This document shows positions 17,201-29,678 of a DNA stretch of 64,000 bases, one piece after another; position 1 is the stretch's first letter; the number at the start of each line of letters is the position of its first letter. The notes under the pieces were generated by a model. The model ran no database searches and had not been told where the DNA came from. It saw only the letters and a list, made by a program, of their open reading frames with translations. The stretch comes from Vulcanimicrobiota bacterium (GTDB lineage Bacteria > Vulcanimicrobiota > Vulcanimicrobiia > Vulcanimicrobiales > Vulcanimicrobiaceae), in contig CAWGBN010000008.1 in the NCBI GenBank assembly GCA_963820825.1, positions 224,001 to 288,000 on the forward strand. Reading direction: 5' to 3'. The translations under genes and the position numbers were made by a program.

Positions 17201-18060
17201 TGCCGCACCGCGACCGGACAGCTCTCGCACTCGAATTGAACCGTGACGTGCGCGATGCCGAAGTGCGCCTTCGCGCAATCGGTGATTTCGCGCAAGACGT
17301 CCTCGGCTTCGCTTAGACGCCGGTCGTCGAGCAGCACGTGCGCGGAGAGCGCATGCGAGCCGCTGCCGATCGACCAGACGTGCAGGTCGTGGACGCCGGT
17401 GACTCCGCCAATCTTCTCGATGTGCTCCTCGAGATCGCCGGAGTTTACGTCGCCGGGAACGCTTTCGAGCAGCACGTCGGTCGCGTCGCGCAAGACGCGC
17501 ACGACTCCGAAGACGATGATCGCGGCGACGAAGATCGAGAGCAGCGGATCGATCCACGCGCGATGCGTCACGGCGATCGCGATTCCGCCGAGAATCACCG
17601 CGCTCGCACCGAGGGCATCGCCCGCGACGTGGAAGAGCGCCGCGCGGACGTTGAGGTCGCGCTTGCCGTCGTTGCGCAGCAGCAAGCCGACGCAGGCGTT
17701 GACGCCGAGCCCCGCTGCGGCGACGCCGGTCATCAGAGCGGCCCCCGGCTCGATCGGATTGCCGAATCGCCGCGCCGCCTCGTAGACGATCGCGAGCGTC
17801 GCGACGAGCAGCAGCGTTCCGTTGACGAGCGCGCCGAGGACTTCGATGCGCCCGTACCCGAACGTGCGACGGCGATCGGCCGGGCGCGCGGCACCGATCG
17901 CGGCGAGCAGCGCAAGCGCGAGCGCGAGCACGTCGGTACAGACGTGCACGGCATCGGTCGTCAAGGCCAAGCTGTGCGAGACCGCGCCGCCCCAAAACTC
18001 GAGCGCCGCGACGAAGACCGACGCGATGAGCGCAACGGTCAGGTGGCGCCGTACGGGCAT
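17197..18060 (-). CDS. Cation diffusion facilitator (CzcD/ZitB-like)
   Basis: SLALTTDAVH, TFGYGRIE, NVRAALFHVAGD, VHDLHVW, HVTVQFE. Confidence 0.93.
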   Translation of the reverse strand: MPVRRHLTVALIASVFVAALEFWGGAVSHSLALTTDAVHVCTDVLALALALLAAIGAARPADRRRTFGYGRIEVLGALVNGTLLLVATLAIVYEAARRFGNPIEPGAALMTGVAAAGLGVNACVGLLLRNDGKRDLNVRAALFHVAGDALGASAVILGGIAIAVTHRAWIDPLLSIFVAAIIVFGVVRVLRDATDVLLESVPGDVNSGDLEEHIEKIGGVTGVHDLHVWSIGSGSHALSAHVLLDDRRLSEAEDVLREITDCAKAHFGIAHVTVQFECESCPVAVRH

Positions 18061-18069
18061 ACCTCTCTC

Positions 18070-18647
18070 TTACCCCGAACCCGCGCGGACGGCCAGCGCG
18101 GCGAGCATCGCGCCGAAGAGCGCGAAGGTCTTGCTCTCGGCCGTCAGCAGCGTCTCGGCATCCCACTCTCCGTTGCCGCCGGGCATCGGTTCGACCTGCG
18201 GAACGATGCGCGGCACCCGTTCGCAATACCGTTCGAAGGCTTCGCCGAACTGCGACCGGAGGAACGCCTCCTCGTGCGGTACGATCGCCGCGTAGAGCGC
18301 GGCCATCGCTCCAAGCGAGCCGGCGACGAGCGCGTACCGCGCGAGCGGCGAGTTCTTTCCGGTAAATGCGATCGCATAACCGGCCGCGGTGATGAAATTC
18401 CCAAGATAGAGCGGATTGCGAACGTAACCGTAGGGACCCGCCGTGATCAGTTCGGGCGCGGTCACCGCGTCGTTGCGCGTCGTCGCGCCGGCATATCCGA
18501 CGGCCCAGCAGCGGAGAAGCTCGCCGGCGATCGCAATCGGTACGCCGACCGCGGCGCTGCGCGCGCTCGGCCGGCCGAAGGTGGCGAGGACCCCTGCGGG
18601 CAGCGACAAGAGCAATCCGCGGTTTTTGAAGAGAAACGAGTGAATAC

Positions 18648-18651
<4 letters not shown>
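18070..18651 (-). CDS. Isoprenylcysteine carboxylmethyltransferase/PEMT family membrane methyltransferase
   Basis: LITAGPYGYVRNPLYLG and EEAFLRSQFGEAFERYCERVPR; ATGA overlap with rmd. Confidence 0.85.
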
Positions 18652-21299
<2,648 letters not shown>

Positions 21300-21302
21300 T
21301 CC

Positions 21303-22898
21303 TTATCGCCAAGCGCGCTCGGAGAGCGCGCGGTCCTGAGCGACACTGAGCTTGCCGAAGTGGGGTCGAAGGGGCCCTTCGAACGGGTTATAGTAATCGG
21401 CCGAGCGGGCGAAGACGCCGTCGAAGCCGCGTCCCCCTTCGGGCGTGCGCGAGACGTCGGCGAAGGTCGCCGCTTCGATCGCGTGCATCAAACCCAACGC
21501 CGCCACGCGCTCGAGCAGCGCTTCGCAACCGTCGAGCACCGCCTGAGCCCGCCGCTCGATCGTTCCTCCCGGGCGCAGCACGATCTCGTCGCCGAAGTGC
21601 CGCGCGGTGTTCATGATGTAGCGTGCGTTCTCGAGCGAGAGCGCGCGGTCGCCGAGAAACGGCGTATGGATCGCTTCGGTCAGCATCCCGCAGAGATGAA
21701 TGCTCTGATGCGTCATCACCGAGGTGAGGTTGAACATCGCGTCGATCAAGTGGCCTTTGAAGACGTCGCCGGTCATGTGTTTGGTCGGCGGCATGTACTT
21801 CAGCGAAGCGTCGGGGAAAATTTCGCGCGCCAACTGCGCCTGCGCGACTTGATAGAGGAAGCCGTCCTCGAGATCGGGACTGATTTCGTAGGCGTCGCCC
21901 AGACCGATCTGCGCGTCGGGAAGGCCGGCGCGATGTGCGAACTCTTCGTTGATGAACTGCGAGGCCAAGACCGCCGGAGCTTGGTCGACCGCATCGGCGG
22001 TCGTTAGATAGTTATCCTCGCCGGTGTTGATGATAATCCCGGAATAGGCGTTGAGCATTCGGCTGAAGTGCTGATCGACGAAGGTGCGCTTCATGTTGAT
22101 GTCCCGGAAGAGAATTCCGTACATCGAATCGTTGAGCAGCATGTCGAGGCGTTCGAGTGCGGCCATGACCGCGATCTCCGGCATGCAGAGGCCGCTGGCG
22201 TAGTTCGTCAGCATGACGTAGCGCCCGAGTCTCTCCCCGGCTTCGTCGAGCGCGCCCCGCATGATCGCGAAGTTTGCTTGCGTCGCGTAGGTGCCGCCGA
22301 AGCCCTCGGTCGTCGGACCGAAGGGCACGAAGTCGAGCAGCGATTGTCCCGTGGAGCGAATCACCGCGATAACTTGCGCGCCGGCTTCCGCCGCCGCGAT
22401 CGCCGCGGTTCGATCCTCATAGATGTTGCCGCTGGCGACGATCACGTAGAGCAACGGCGGCGGCAGCTGCGGCAGGCGCGTAAGGCGTTCGGCTCGTTCC
22501 TCGCGCCGTGCGGTAATGCGCGCGAGCGCGGCGTCGACGTAGGGGCGCAAAGCGCCGCGCGCCGCACTGCCGGGAGTCGACGCGAACGCTTCGAGCGTCG
22601 TGCTCCCGTCGGTCAACGCTTGCGCCAGAGCGAGCGGCTCGAGCCCCGTTTCGGCGAGCGCCCGGCCAAAGGCCAGGGCCACGCCGTCGCCTCGCTGCCC
22701 GTGGGGAAGCAGATCGACCACGAAGTTGGGGAGTGGCACCTCGTCGGCGGTGACGCCGTCGACGCCGAGCAGGCGCAGTACCGCGCGTTCGACCGAAACG
22801 GTCGAGTGCGCCGCGATAAAGGTCTCAACGGGATCGGTGATGGCCGCCGCCAGTCTCCGGCAGCGTTCAACGCAGCGACGATCGATCCGCAGTTCCAT
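21303..22898 (-). CDS. kamD: Lysine 5,6-aminomutase alpha subunit
   Basis: STVSVER, YVIVASGNIYED, IRSTGQSLLD, GGTYATQ, NYASGLCMPE, NTGEDNY, KYMPPTK, TEAIHTP, YYNPF. Confidence 0.95.
   Translation of the reverse strand: MELRIDRRCVERCRRLAAAITDPVETFIAAHSTVSVERAVLRLLGVDGVTADEVPLPNFVVDLLPHGQRGDGVALAFGRALAETGLEPLALAQALTDGSTTLEAFASTPGSAARGALRPYVDAALARITARREERAERLTRLPQLPPPLLYVIVASGNIYEDRTAAIAAAEAGAQVIAVIRSTGQSLLDFVPFGPTTEGFGGTYATQANFAIMRGALDEAGERLGRYVMLTNYASGLCMPEIAVMAALERLDMLLNDSMYGILFRDINMKRTFVDQHFSRMLNAYSGIIINTGEDNYLTTADAVDQAPAVLASQFINEEFAHRAGLPDAQIGLGDAYEISPDLEDGFLYQVAQAQLAREIFPDASLKYMPPTKHMTGDVFKGHLIDAMFNLTSVMTHQSIHLCGMLTEAIHTPFLGDRALSLENARYIMNTARHFGDEIVLRPGGTIERRAQAVLDGCEALLERVAALGLMHAIEAATFADVSRTPEGGRGFDGVFARSADYYNPFEGPLRPHFGKLSVAQDRALSERAWR
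21313..21382. repeat. REP-like palindromic element inside the kamD 3' end
   Basis: GTCCTGAGCGA (21333-21343) and GTCGAAGGG (21365-21373) are shared with the 4610-4638 element; flanking palindromes GCGCGCTC-GGA-GAGCGCGC and TCGAAGGG-G-CCCTTCGA. Confidence 0.6.
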
Positions 22899-22905
22899 GG
22901 TCAAC

Positions 22906-23751
22906 CTATCTTACTTGAAGATAGGCGTTAATTCCGTCGCGCCAGCCCGGCATGACGATTCCCAGGGCCTCCAGCTTGGTGTTTTTCAACGCCGAGAAGC
23001 GCGGGCGTATCGCCGCGGGCTTCCACTCCTGCGCGGAGATCGGCTCGATCGGGACGGCTCTGCCGGCGACCTCGACGGCCGCGCGCACGAAGTCGTACCA
23101 ACTCACCGGCCCGGTGTTGACCGCGTGATAGAGGCCATATGCCTCCGTGTCGATCAGCTTGCGCAGCGCGACGGCGAGATCGCCGGCAAAGGTCGGCGAT
23201 GCAAGCACGTCGGCAACGACGCGCAGCGGCGCGCCCCCGGCCGGATGCGCGAGCGCGCGCTCGATGAGCGAGCCGTGCGTCCCGGAAGATGCGTTCCCAT
23301 AGAGGCCGCAAGTGCGCACGATGAAGGCGGGCGCGCCGATCCGCTCGCTGAGGTACTCGCCGGCAAGCTTCGAAACGCCGTAGGCCGAGAGCGGATGCGG
23401 CGTGGCATCTTCGGCATACGGCTCGGTCGCCTTGCCGTCGAAGACGTAATCGGTGCTGATCGTTACGAACGGTACGTCGCGTTCGTACGCGAGCGATGCG
23501 GCACGCCCAACCGCAACCGCGTTGATCGCGAAGGCGCGCTCCGGTTCGTTCTCGCACCGGTCGACGTCGTGAAACGCGGCCGCGTTGACGAGTACGTCCG
23601 GACGAATCCGGTCGAGCGCGTCGCGCACGGCGAGACTCTCCTCGAGCGGCAACTCACGGTGCGGCGGCGCGATAATTTCGCAATCGCTCCACCGCTGCCG
23701 AATCGCCGTCCCGAGCCGACCCGATCCGCCGATTAAGAGGACGCGCGTCAC
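22906..23751 (-). CDS. rfbD: dTDP-4-dehydrorhamnose reductase
   Basis: GGSGRLG, NAAAFHDVD, ISTDYVFDG, YGVSKLAGE, SPT, RPRFSAL. Confidence 0.92.
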   Translation of the reverse strand: MTRVLLIGGSGRLGTAIRQRWSDCEIIAPPHRELPLEESLAVRDALDRIRPDVLVNAAAFHDVDRCENEPERAFAINAVAVGRAASLAYERDVPFVTISTDYVFDGKATEPYAEDATPHPLSAYGVSKLAGEYLSERIGAPAFIVRTCGLYGNASSGTHGSLIERALAHPAGGAPLRVVADVLASPTFAGDLAVALRKLIDTEAYGLYHAVNTGPVSWYDFVRAAVEVAGRAVPIEPISAQEWKPAAIRPRFSALKNTKLEALGIVMPGWRDGINAYLQVR

Positions 23752-25058
23752 ACCGTCGACCGGCGGCCGCTCGTATTTCGCTGCGCGATGAGTGCGATCG
23801 ACACGGCTGCTGCCGCCAGCGCATTCCCCACGACGAGAATCTGCACGACCGTTGCCAGCGTCGGATGGATCGCAACGATCGCACCGAGCGTTCCAAGCGT
23901 ACAGACCAGGAGCGGTACCGTGAAGGCGAGCCGGTGCGTTGCGATGCCGTACGACGTCAACGCGTTGGTGAAAGCGAGCAAGACCATCGCCAATCCGTAG
24001 GTCACCAGCAGCGGGGCGGCCGCGTCGAAGGCGTGGCCGACGAGCGCGTGGATCACGCCGATGCCGAAGTATTTGAAGACGAAGAGCCCGCAGAGCGCGA
24101 CGAAGCCGAACAAGAGCAAGCTTCCGGCTAGGACTTCACGGGTCTTCGCGCCGCGCGCGTGGCGGTCGGCGGCCTGCGGCAGAAGCACCGTCGGAATGAA
24201 GCCGACTAAATAGAGCAGGATCTTCCCGCCCAGGGAGGCCGCCGCGTAGAGCCCGGCCGAGTGGGGATCGAAGAAGTGTTTGACGAGCACGACGTCGGCG
24301 GAGCCGATGAGCGCGAGCGAAACCGTCGCCGCCGCCGCTCCGGCACCGGCATTGAGGATGCGGCGCCAATCGTAGCGGATGCTGCGCGCCTCGACGTCCG
24401 CGTAACGCCGGCGCAGCCGCGTTCCGAGATAAATAAGCGCGAAGACCGGACCGATGAAGAACCCGACGATCCCTCCGCCGAGCTTGAAGCCGACCGCGAG
24501 CAGCGCGACGATGCCGCAGACTTTGGCGATTCCTTCGATCGAATTCGAGAACGCGTAACCCACGAAGTCTTGGGTCCCTTGCGCGATCGCGCGCAGCGCG
24601 CTCAAATAGAGTGCAACGCCGGCGATCAGTCCGACGAACTGCGCCGACCAGACGGGAACGTCGAGGAAGCGCGCAAACGGGATCGCGGCGAAGGCCGCCA
24701 CCACCATGTAGAGCAGGCCGAGCCGCGCGAAACCGTCGGCGATCCCCTGGGTGAGGCCGCGCATGTGACCGTCGTCGTGCAACGCGCGGAACTCGGCCGC
24801 AAGCTGCGCGACGACCGGGCCGACGAAGGCCACCGGCAGCGCTGCGATCAGCGCCGCATTGATCAGCGCGTAGAGACCCCCGTAGACCGTAACGCCGAGT
24901 TCGCGGCTTGCGACGGCGTGGGTGATGAAGTTGCAGAGATTGAGCACCATCCCGGCAGAAAAAACCAGCGCGCTCTGTTTGAGCATGGCGCTGGTGCGAA
25001 GGCGCTCGAGCCCCCGCCGGAGCACGAACGTGCCGGGCGGACTCACGCTGCCGTTCAT
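23748..25058 (-). CDS. Polysaccharide flippase-like (Wzx/MOP family) membrane protein
   Basis: About 12 TM segments; DVVLVKHFF...AGLYAAA..GK motif typical of Wzx-like proteins; start uncertain. Confidence 0.75.
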   Translation of the reverse strand: MNGSVSPPGTFVLRRGLERLRTSAMLKQSALVFSAGMVLNLCNFITHAVASRELGVTVYGGLYALINAALIAALPVAFVGPVVAQLAAEFRALHDDGHMRGLTQGIADGFARLGLLYMVVAAFAAIPFARFLDVPVWSAQFVGLIAGVALYLSALRAIAQGTQDFVGYAFSNSIEGIAKVCGIVALLAVGFKLGGGIVGFFIGPVFALIYLGTRLRRRYADVEARSIRYDWRRILNAGAGAAAATVSLALIGSADVVLVKHFFDPHSAGLYAAASLGGKILLYLVGFIPTVLLPQAADRHARGAKTREVLAGSLLLFGFVALCGLFVFKYFGIGVIHALVGHAFDAAAPLLVTYGLAMVLLAFTNALTSYGIATHRLAFTVPLLVCTLGTLGAIVAIHPTLATVVQILVVGNALAAAAVSIALIAQRNTSGRRSTV

Positions 25059-25073
25059 AGTAGACTGCTTCTC

Positions 25074-25625
25074 ATGGTGGTCGAGCAATTACCTCTCGCC
25101 GGAGCGTTGCTGCTCACGCCGCGCGTCTTCGACGACGATCGCGGCTTCTTTAAGGAAACGTACTCGCTCGATCGCTATCGGGCGTGCGGTATCGAGGAGC
25201 CGTTCGTTCAGGACAATATTTCGCTCTCGCACCGCGGCGTGCTGCGCGGTCTTCACGGCGATTGGCGCATGTCCAAGCTCATCGGCGTGGTGCGCGGCAG
25301 CGTATTCGACGCGATCGTCGACATACGAGCGCAGAGTCCGACGTACCGGCAATGGTTCGGGCGCACGCTCTGCGCTGCCGAGGGGAAGCAAGTTTACGTA
25401 CCGCGCGGATTTCTCCACGGCTTCCTCGCCTTGGAAGACGAGACCATCGTCGCCTACAAACAGAGCGCGCCCTACGACCCCGCGAGCGAGTTCGCCGTCG
25501 CCTGGGACGACCCCGAGATCGGCATTGAGTGGCCGCTCGCCGGCACGCGGCCGATTCTCTCACCTCGCGACGCGGCAAACCCGCGGCTCGCCTCGGTTGT
25601 AACAAACGACGCCCAGCCTAGGTAA
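25074..25625 (+). CDS. rfbC: dTDP-4-dehydrorhamnose 3,5-epimerase
   Basis: DDRGFFKE, QDNISLS, GVLRGLH, VPRGFLHGF, WDDPEIGIEWP; TAGACT -10 lies 7 nt before the ATG. Confidence 0.95.
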   Translation: MVVEQLPLAGALLLTPRVFDDDRGFFKETYSLDRYRACGIEEPFVQDNISLSHRGVLRGLHGDWRMSKLIGVVRGSVFDAIVDIRAQSPTYRQWFGRTLCAAEGKQVYVPRGFLHGFLALEDETIVAYKQSAPYDPASEFAVAWDDPEIGIEWPLAGTRPILSPRDAANPRLASVVTNDAQPR

Positions 25626-25655
25626 GAGCGGCCAGAGGAACCGAATCGAGGGGAG

Positions 25656-26294
25656 ATGGCATTCCATGATCAGAGCGACGAAGCTCTGGTACATCGGGTG
25701 CGCTCCGGGGAACGGGAGGTCTTCGGCGTGCTCGTGGATCGCTACAAACGCGGGATCGCGAATTTCATCGGCGCAACCGTTCGCAACTCGTCCGACACGG
25801 CGGACTTGTCGCAGGAGACCTTCCTGCGCGCCTACGCGCACCTCGGAACCTTCAACCCGCAACTCGGGAAGTTCTCGACCTGGATCTATCAGATTGCGCG
25901 AAACGTGATTCGAACCTATCTCGCCAAGTCGCTGCGCGCTCCGCAACTGCAGGAGCTTCCGCAGGACCAGTCGCTCGAGGGCGCGCTGCCCGACCTCTCG
26001 CCGCAGGCCGATCCTGCCGGCGGAGTCCTACGCGAAGAGGCGGAGCGCGAGCTGCGGGCCGCCCTCGCCGAGCTGCCGGAACGGACGCGCGCGGTATTAG
26101 CGTTGCGCTATTTCGATAACATGGAGTACCAAACGATCGCGAGCACCCTCGGGCTCTCGCTCGGCAACGTGAAGACGCTCATTCACCGCGGAAAGATCGC
26201 GCTGACGAAAAAGATGCGCGAGCGCGAGCTCCGCGCCGTCGAGGCGGTGGGCATTCCGCAAAAAGGGGGCACGAGTGCGCTGCTCCTCGTGTGA
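25656..26294 (+). CDS. ECF sigma factor (SigW-like)
   Basis: DLSQETFLRAY, FSTWIYQIARN, region 4 EYQTIASTLGLSLGNVKTLIHRGK; GGGGAG RBS. Confidence 0.92.
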   Translation: MAFHDQSDEALVHRVRSGEREVFGVLVDRYKRGIANFIGATVRNSSDTADLSQETFLRAYAHLGTFNPQLGKFSTWIYQIARNVIRTYLAKSLRAPQLQELPQDQSLEGALPDLSPQADPAGGVLREEAERELRAALAELPERTRAVLALRYFDNMEYQTIASTLGLSLGNVKTLIHRGKIALTKKMRERELRAVEAVGIPQKGGTSALLLV

Positions 26295-26814
26295 ACGGCT
26301 GCTCGACGCCTACCTCGAGACGACCCTTGCACCCCGCCGGGCGCGCGCGGTCGTGGAGCACGTGCGCTCCTGTTCGGCGTGCGCCGCGCTTCTGGAAGAG
26401 CTGCGGGTTATCGACGCCTTGCTGACGACGGCACGGCCGCCGCGCGTCGGCGCCGGCTTTACGGCCTCCGTGGTCTCGGCGACGCACGCAACGCGACCGC
26501 GGGCGCCGCGGCGCATGCCGCTCGGAATCGCGCTTCTTCTTTATTTAGGGGTCGCCTGGACGCTCGCGGCATTTGCCGCGCTGCGCGCGCCCGACATCGG
26601 CCGCTTTGCCGGCGCGGCCGCATCGTTCGCGCGCGGAGACTTCGCCGCATTCGGTGCGGCGGCTCGCGCGTTCGCGCCGGCGGCACCGGTCGCGGCCGCC
26701 GCCGTCACCGGCGTGCTGCTGCTCGACCTTCTGCTACTCGCCGCGGTCTTTTACGGGTACCAGCGCTTCCGTCCGTTGATCGCGCTCTATCTCGTTCGAG
26801 GAGAACGCTCGTGA
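26275..26814 (+). CDS. Zinc-finger (ZAS, zf-HC2) membrane anti-sigma factor
   Basis: C...HVRSCSAC motif plus two TM helices; overlaps the sigma gene. Confidence 0.88.
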   Translation: MRCSSCERLLDAYLETTLAPRRARAVVEHVRSCSACAALLEELRVIDALLTTARPPRVGAGFTASVVSATHATRPRAPRRMPLGIALLLYLGVAWTLAAFAALRAPDIGRFAGAAASFARGDFAAFGAAARAFAPAAPVAAAAVTGVLLLDLLLLAAVFYGYQRFRPLIALYLVRGERS

Positions 26815-27689
26815 CGGTGCGCCTCGCCGCAATCTTCGCCTTTGCGCTCGCCGCATTCGCGCTCCCCGCCGCGGCGCTCGCCGACGCGCAAGCGGTCTAC
26901 CACGGCGGAACCTACTTCGGCTCGGTCGTCGTCGAGCCGGGTCAGGTCGTCGACGGCGATCTCACGGTGATCTTCGGCGACGCGACGATCGCCGGCATCG
27001 TCGAAGGCGACGTCAACGTCGTCGGCGGCTACTGCGACCCGCGTCCCGGAGGCGTCGTCACCGGACAATGCAACCAAATCGGCGGAGCGGTAACGCAGGC
27101 AGTCGTTCCGTGGGCGCCGACCGAGCTGCCCTATAATCCGCTCGTTCCCGATCATCGCCTGCTCTGGCGGCTCTCTTGGAATCTGCTCGCGCTGCTCGTC
27201 TTCCTCATCTTCCCGCTGCGAACGCGCATGGTGCTCGACCGTCTGGAAGCGCACCCGGGATTGAGCGCGACGGTCGGCGTGCTCGGCTGCGTCGCGGTGA
27301 TTCCGCTCGCGGTGCTGCTGGCGATCACGATTCTGCTGATCCCGCTGATTCTGCTCGAGCTGGTCTTTCTGTTTGCAGGCGTCTTCCTCGGCACAGCGGC
27401 GCTCTCGCTTTTGATCGGGCGACGCCTCTGCGAACTCGTGAGCCCCGCAACGACGCCGTCGCCGCTCGTGGCCCTGCTCGTCGGACTGGCGCTGATCAGC
27501 GCCGCGGAGCTCGTGCCGGTCATCGGGACGCTCGTGCTCATTCTCGTCGGCCTCATCGGATTGGGAGCGACGCTCCTATCCTTTGCGGGAGACTCGGTCG
27601 CAGGACATCCGGCTGCCCCCGTGACCGGAACGGCCGGCCCGCCGATGAGCGGACCCCCGATAAGCGGACCGCCGATGCCAACCGCCTAA
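26811..27689 (+). CDS. Membrane protein with N-terminal bactofilin/polymer-forming-like beta-helix repeats
   Basis: Signal peptide; VDGDLTVIFGDATIAGIVEGDVNVVGG repeats; about 5 C-terminal TM helices; GTGA overlap. Confidence 0.7.
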   Translation: MTVRLAAIFAFALAAFALPAAALADAQAVYHGGTYFGSVVVEPGQVVDGDLTVIFGDATIAGIVEGDVNVVGGYCDPRPGGVVTGQCNQIGGAVTQAVVPWAPTELPYNPLVPDHRLLWRLSWNLLALLVFLIFPLRTRMVLDRLEAHPGLSATVGVLGCVAVIPLAVLLAITILLIPLILLELVFLFAGVFLGTAALSLLIGRRLCELVSPATTPSPLVALLVGLALISAAELVPVIGTLVLILVGLIGLGATLLSFAGDSVAGHPAAPVTGTAGPPMSGPPISGPPMPTA

Positions 27690-27699
27690 GTACCGCTCC

Positions 27700-28909
27700 G
27701 TGACCACCATCTCGCGAGCGGCGCAGTTCGCGCAGCGTACGGCGCATCTACGCGCCTCCACCATACGCGAGATGCTCAAGGTCACCCAGCAACCCGACGT
27801 TATCTCGTTTGGCGGGGGCCTCCCGGCTCCGGAGCTCTTTCCAACGGCGGCGATCGCCGCCGCGACCAACGCGGTGATGGACCGGCTCGGGCCGCAAGCG
27901 CTTCAATACAGCGTGACCGAAGGGATTCCCGAGATGCGAACGTGGGTCGCGGAGCGTTTGACGCGCCGCTTCGGACGCATATTCGAAGCGGAGAGCGTCA
28001 CGATCGTCAACGGCTCGCAGCAAGGGCTCGATTTGGTCGGCAAGATCTTTCTCGATCCCGGCGACCACGTGGTCCTCGAGAATCCGTCGTACCTCGGTGC
28101 GATCCAAGCATTCGACGCCTATCAAACGCGATATCTCACCGTCGATACGGATGAAGAGGGGCTGATTTCCGGAGTCGCTCGAGCGCGTGCTCGGACGCGC
28201 CGATCCGTTTCCGAAGTTTCTCTATCTCGTCCCGAACTTCCAGAATCCCACCGGACGCACGCTCTCCCGCCGGCGGCGAGAGATCGTCGTGCGTATCTGC
28301 GAACACTTCGGTCTTCCGATCGTCGAAGACGACCCGTACGGCGAGTTGCGATTCGAGGGCGACGATCTGCCGTCGCTGATCGCGCACGAAACGAGTGCGC
28401 CGATCATTTACTCCGGCACGGGCAGCAAAATCATGGCGCCCGGTATGCGCATCGCCTGGCTGGTGATTCCCGACGCGGAGATACGCGAGAAAATCGTACT
28501 CGCCAAACAAGGCGCCGATCTGCACAGCGGAACGTTCGCACAGTACGTCTTCCACGAGTACGCAAGCGACGGGAACGCCTTCGACGCACACGTTCGCACG
28601 ATCGCCCACACCTACGCGCGGCGCCGCGGCGTCATGGCCGAGGCGCTCGCCGAATTCATGCCGCAGGGCGTGCGCTTCACGCGTCCCGCCGGCGGAATGT
28701 TCCTTTGGGCAACGGTACCGCAGGTCGATACGACGGAGCTCTTGCGCATCTCGGCGGAATCGAAAGTCGTCTTCGTTCCCGGCGTCAACTTCTATCCCGC
28801 GCGCGACGTACACGACGGCATGCGGCTCAACTTTTCCAACGCCTCCGAAAAGAATATCCGGGTGGGCGTCGAACGGCTTGGCCACGCCATCAGGCTATAC
28901 GAAGGCTGA
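27700..28909 (+). CDS. PLP-dependent class I aminotransferase (LysN/2-aminoadipate transaminase-like), frameshifted at ~28167
   Basis: ISFGGGLP, GSQQGLD, ENPSYLGA in frame 1; PNFQNPTG, EDDPYGEL, SKIMAPGMR, MRLNFS in frame 2; removing one T at 28166-28168 joins them (LIPESLERVL). Confidence 0.9.
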
Positions 28910-28942
28910 AGTTCAAGAACTTTCAAAAAGGAGTCCGGACGC

Positions 28943-29410
28943 GTGGCAGGTTTGGTCGTCGGCATCTTTCCCGAATCGGATCACATGGCGCTCGAGGGCG
29001 CGCTTACGGCGCAGCAGATCGATCTGACCAAAGTGAAGGTGGTCAGCGCAACGCCGCCGATCGAAGACGAGACTCCGTGCCAGCTCGAGTTCGTCGACGT
29101 CATGGTAGAGATGGAGTCGAACTCGCTCTCCGACGACATGACCAAAGGCGTCGGCGTCTGGGATGAAACCGGCACGGACGTACCGGGACTTGGCGGAACG
29201 TCGAGAACGCTCGGCGATTTTACGCACCACGAGGATCCGACGCGGCGTTATCTCGCCGCCTTCGACGTGCCGTCGGACGAAGTCGACAACTTCGGCGACG
29301 CGGTTGCCGAGGGACGAACGGTGGTGCTTTATACCGATGCCGGCACGCAAGCGGAGGCGATTGCCGCCGCGTTCAAAGCGGCCGGCTTGCGCAACGTTCG
29401 CTCGTATTAG
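28943..29410 (+). CDS. Acidic hypothetical protein (general stress protein-like)
   Basis: AAGGAG RBS; VVGIF N-terminus and GRTVVLY...GLRNVR C-terminus resembling YflT-like folds. Confidence 0.7.
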   Translation: MAGLVVGIFPESDHMALEGALTAQQIDLTKVKVVSATPPIEDETPCQLEFVDVMVEMESNSLSDDMTKGVGVWDETGTDVPGLGGTSRTLGDFTHHEDPTRRYLAAFDVPSDEVDNFGDAVAEGRTVVLYTDAGTQAEAIAAAFKAAGLRNVRSY

Positions 29411-29420
29411 TTTCACGTCT

Positions 29421-29678
29421 CTGGCGGCGAGCGCGTTGGTCGCGCTGACGTGCTGCCGGCCGGCGACGCACTACGATTACACGCATCTTCCCTCCGGATA
29501 TCACTGGCGCGCCGTCTACGACCGCTCGACCAACGCGATCGTCTTTTACGGACAGGATCCGCTCACGCTCGAGACGGTCTACGTCGGTCCCGATAGCCGC
29601 TTCTTCATCTACCGTCACCGCGGCCCGATCGGGCCGAAAGATCTTCGGGAGCCCTGGATGCCGCACGATGCCCGCTAA
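29421..29678 (+). CDS. Small putative exported/lipoprotein (start uncertain)
   Basis: LAASALVALTCCRPATHYDYTHLPSGYHW...; fills the gap before the ATP-grasp gene. Confidence 0.45.
   Translation: MAASALVALTCCRPATHYDYTHLPSGYHWRAVYDRSTNAIVFYGQDPLTLETVYVGPDSRFFIYRHRGPIGPKDLREPWMPHDAR

Noticed and set aside
28160..28172. Programmed frameshift in the aminotransferase
   Set aside because: ATT_TCC offers no cognate +1 re-pairing and no stimulatory signal; an extra T in a short run is more parsimonious
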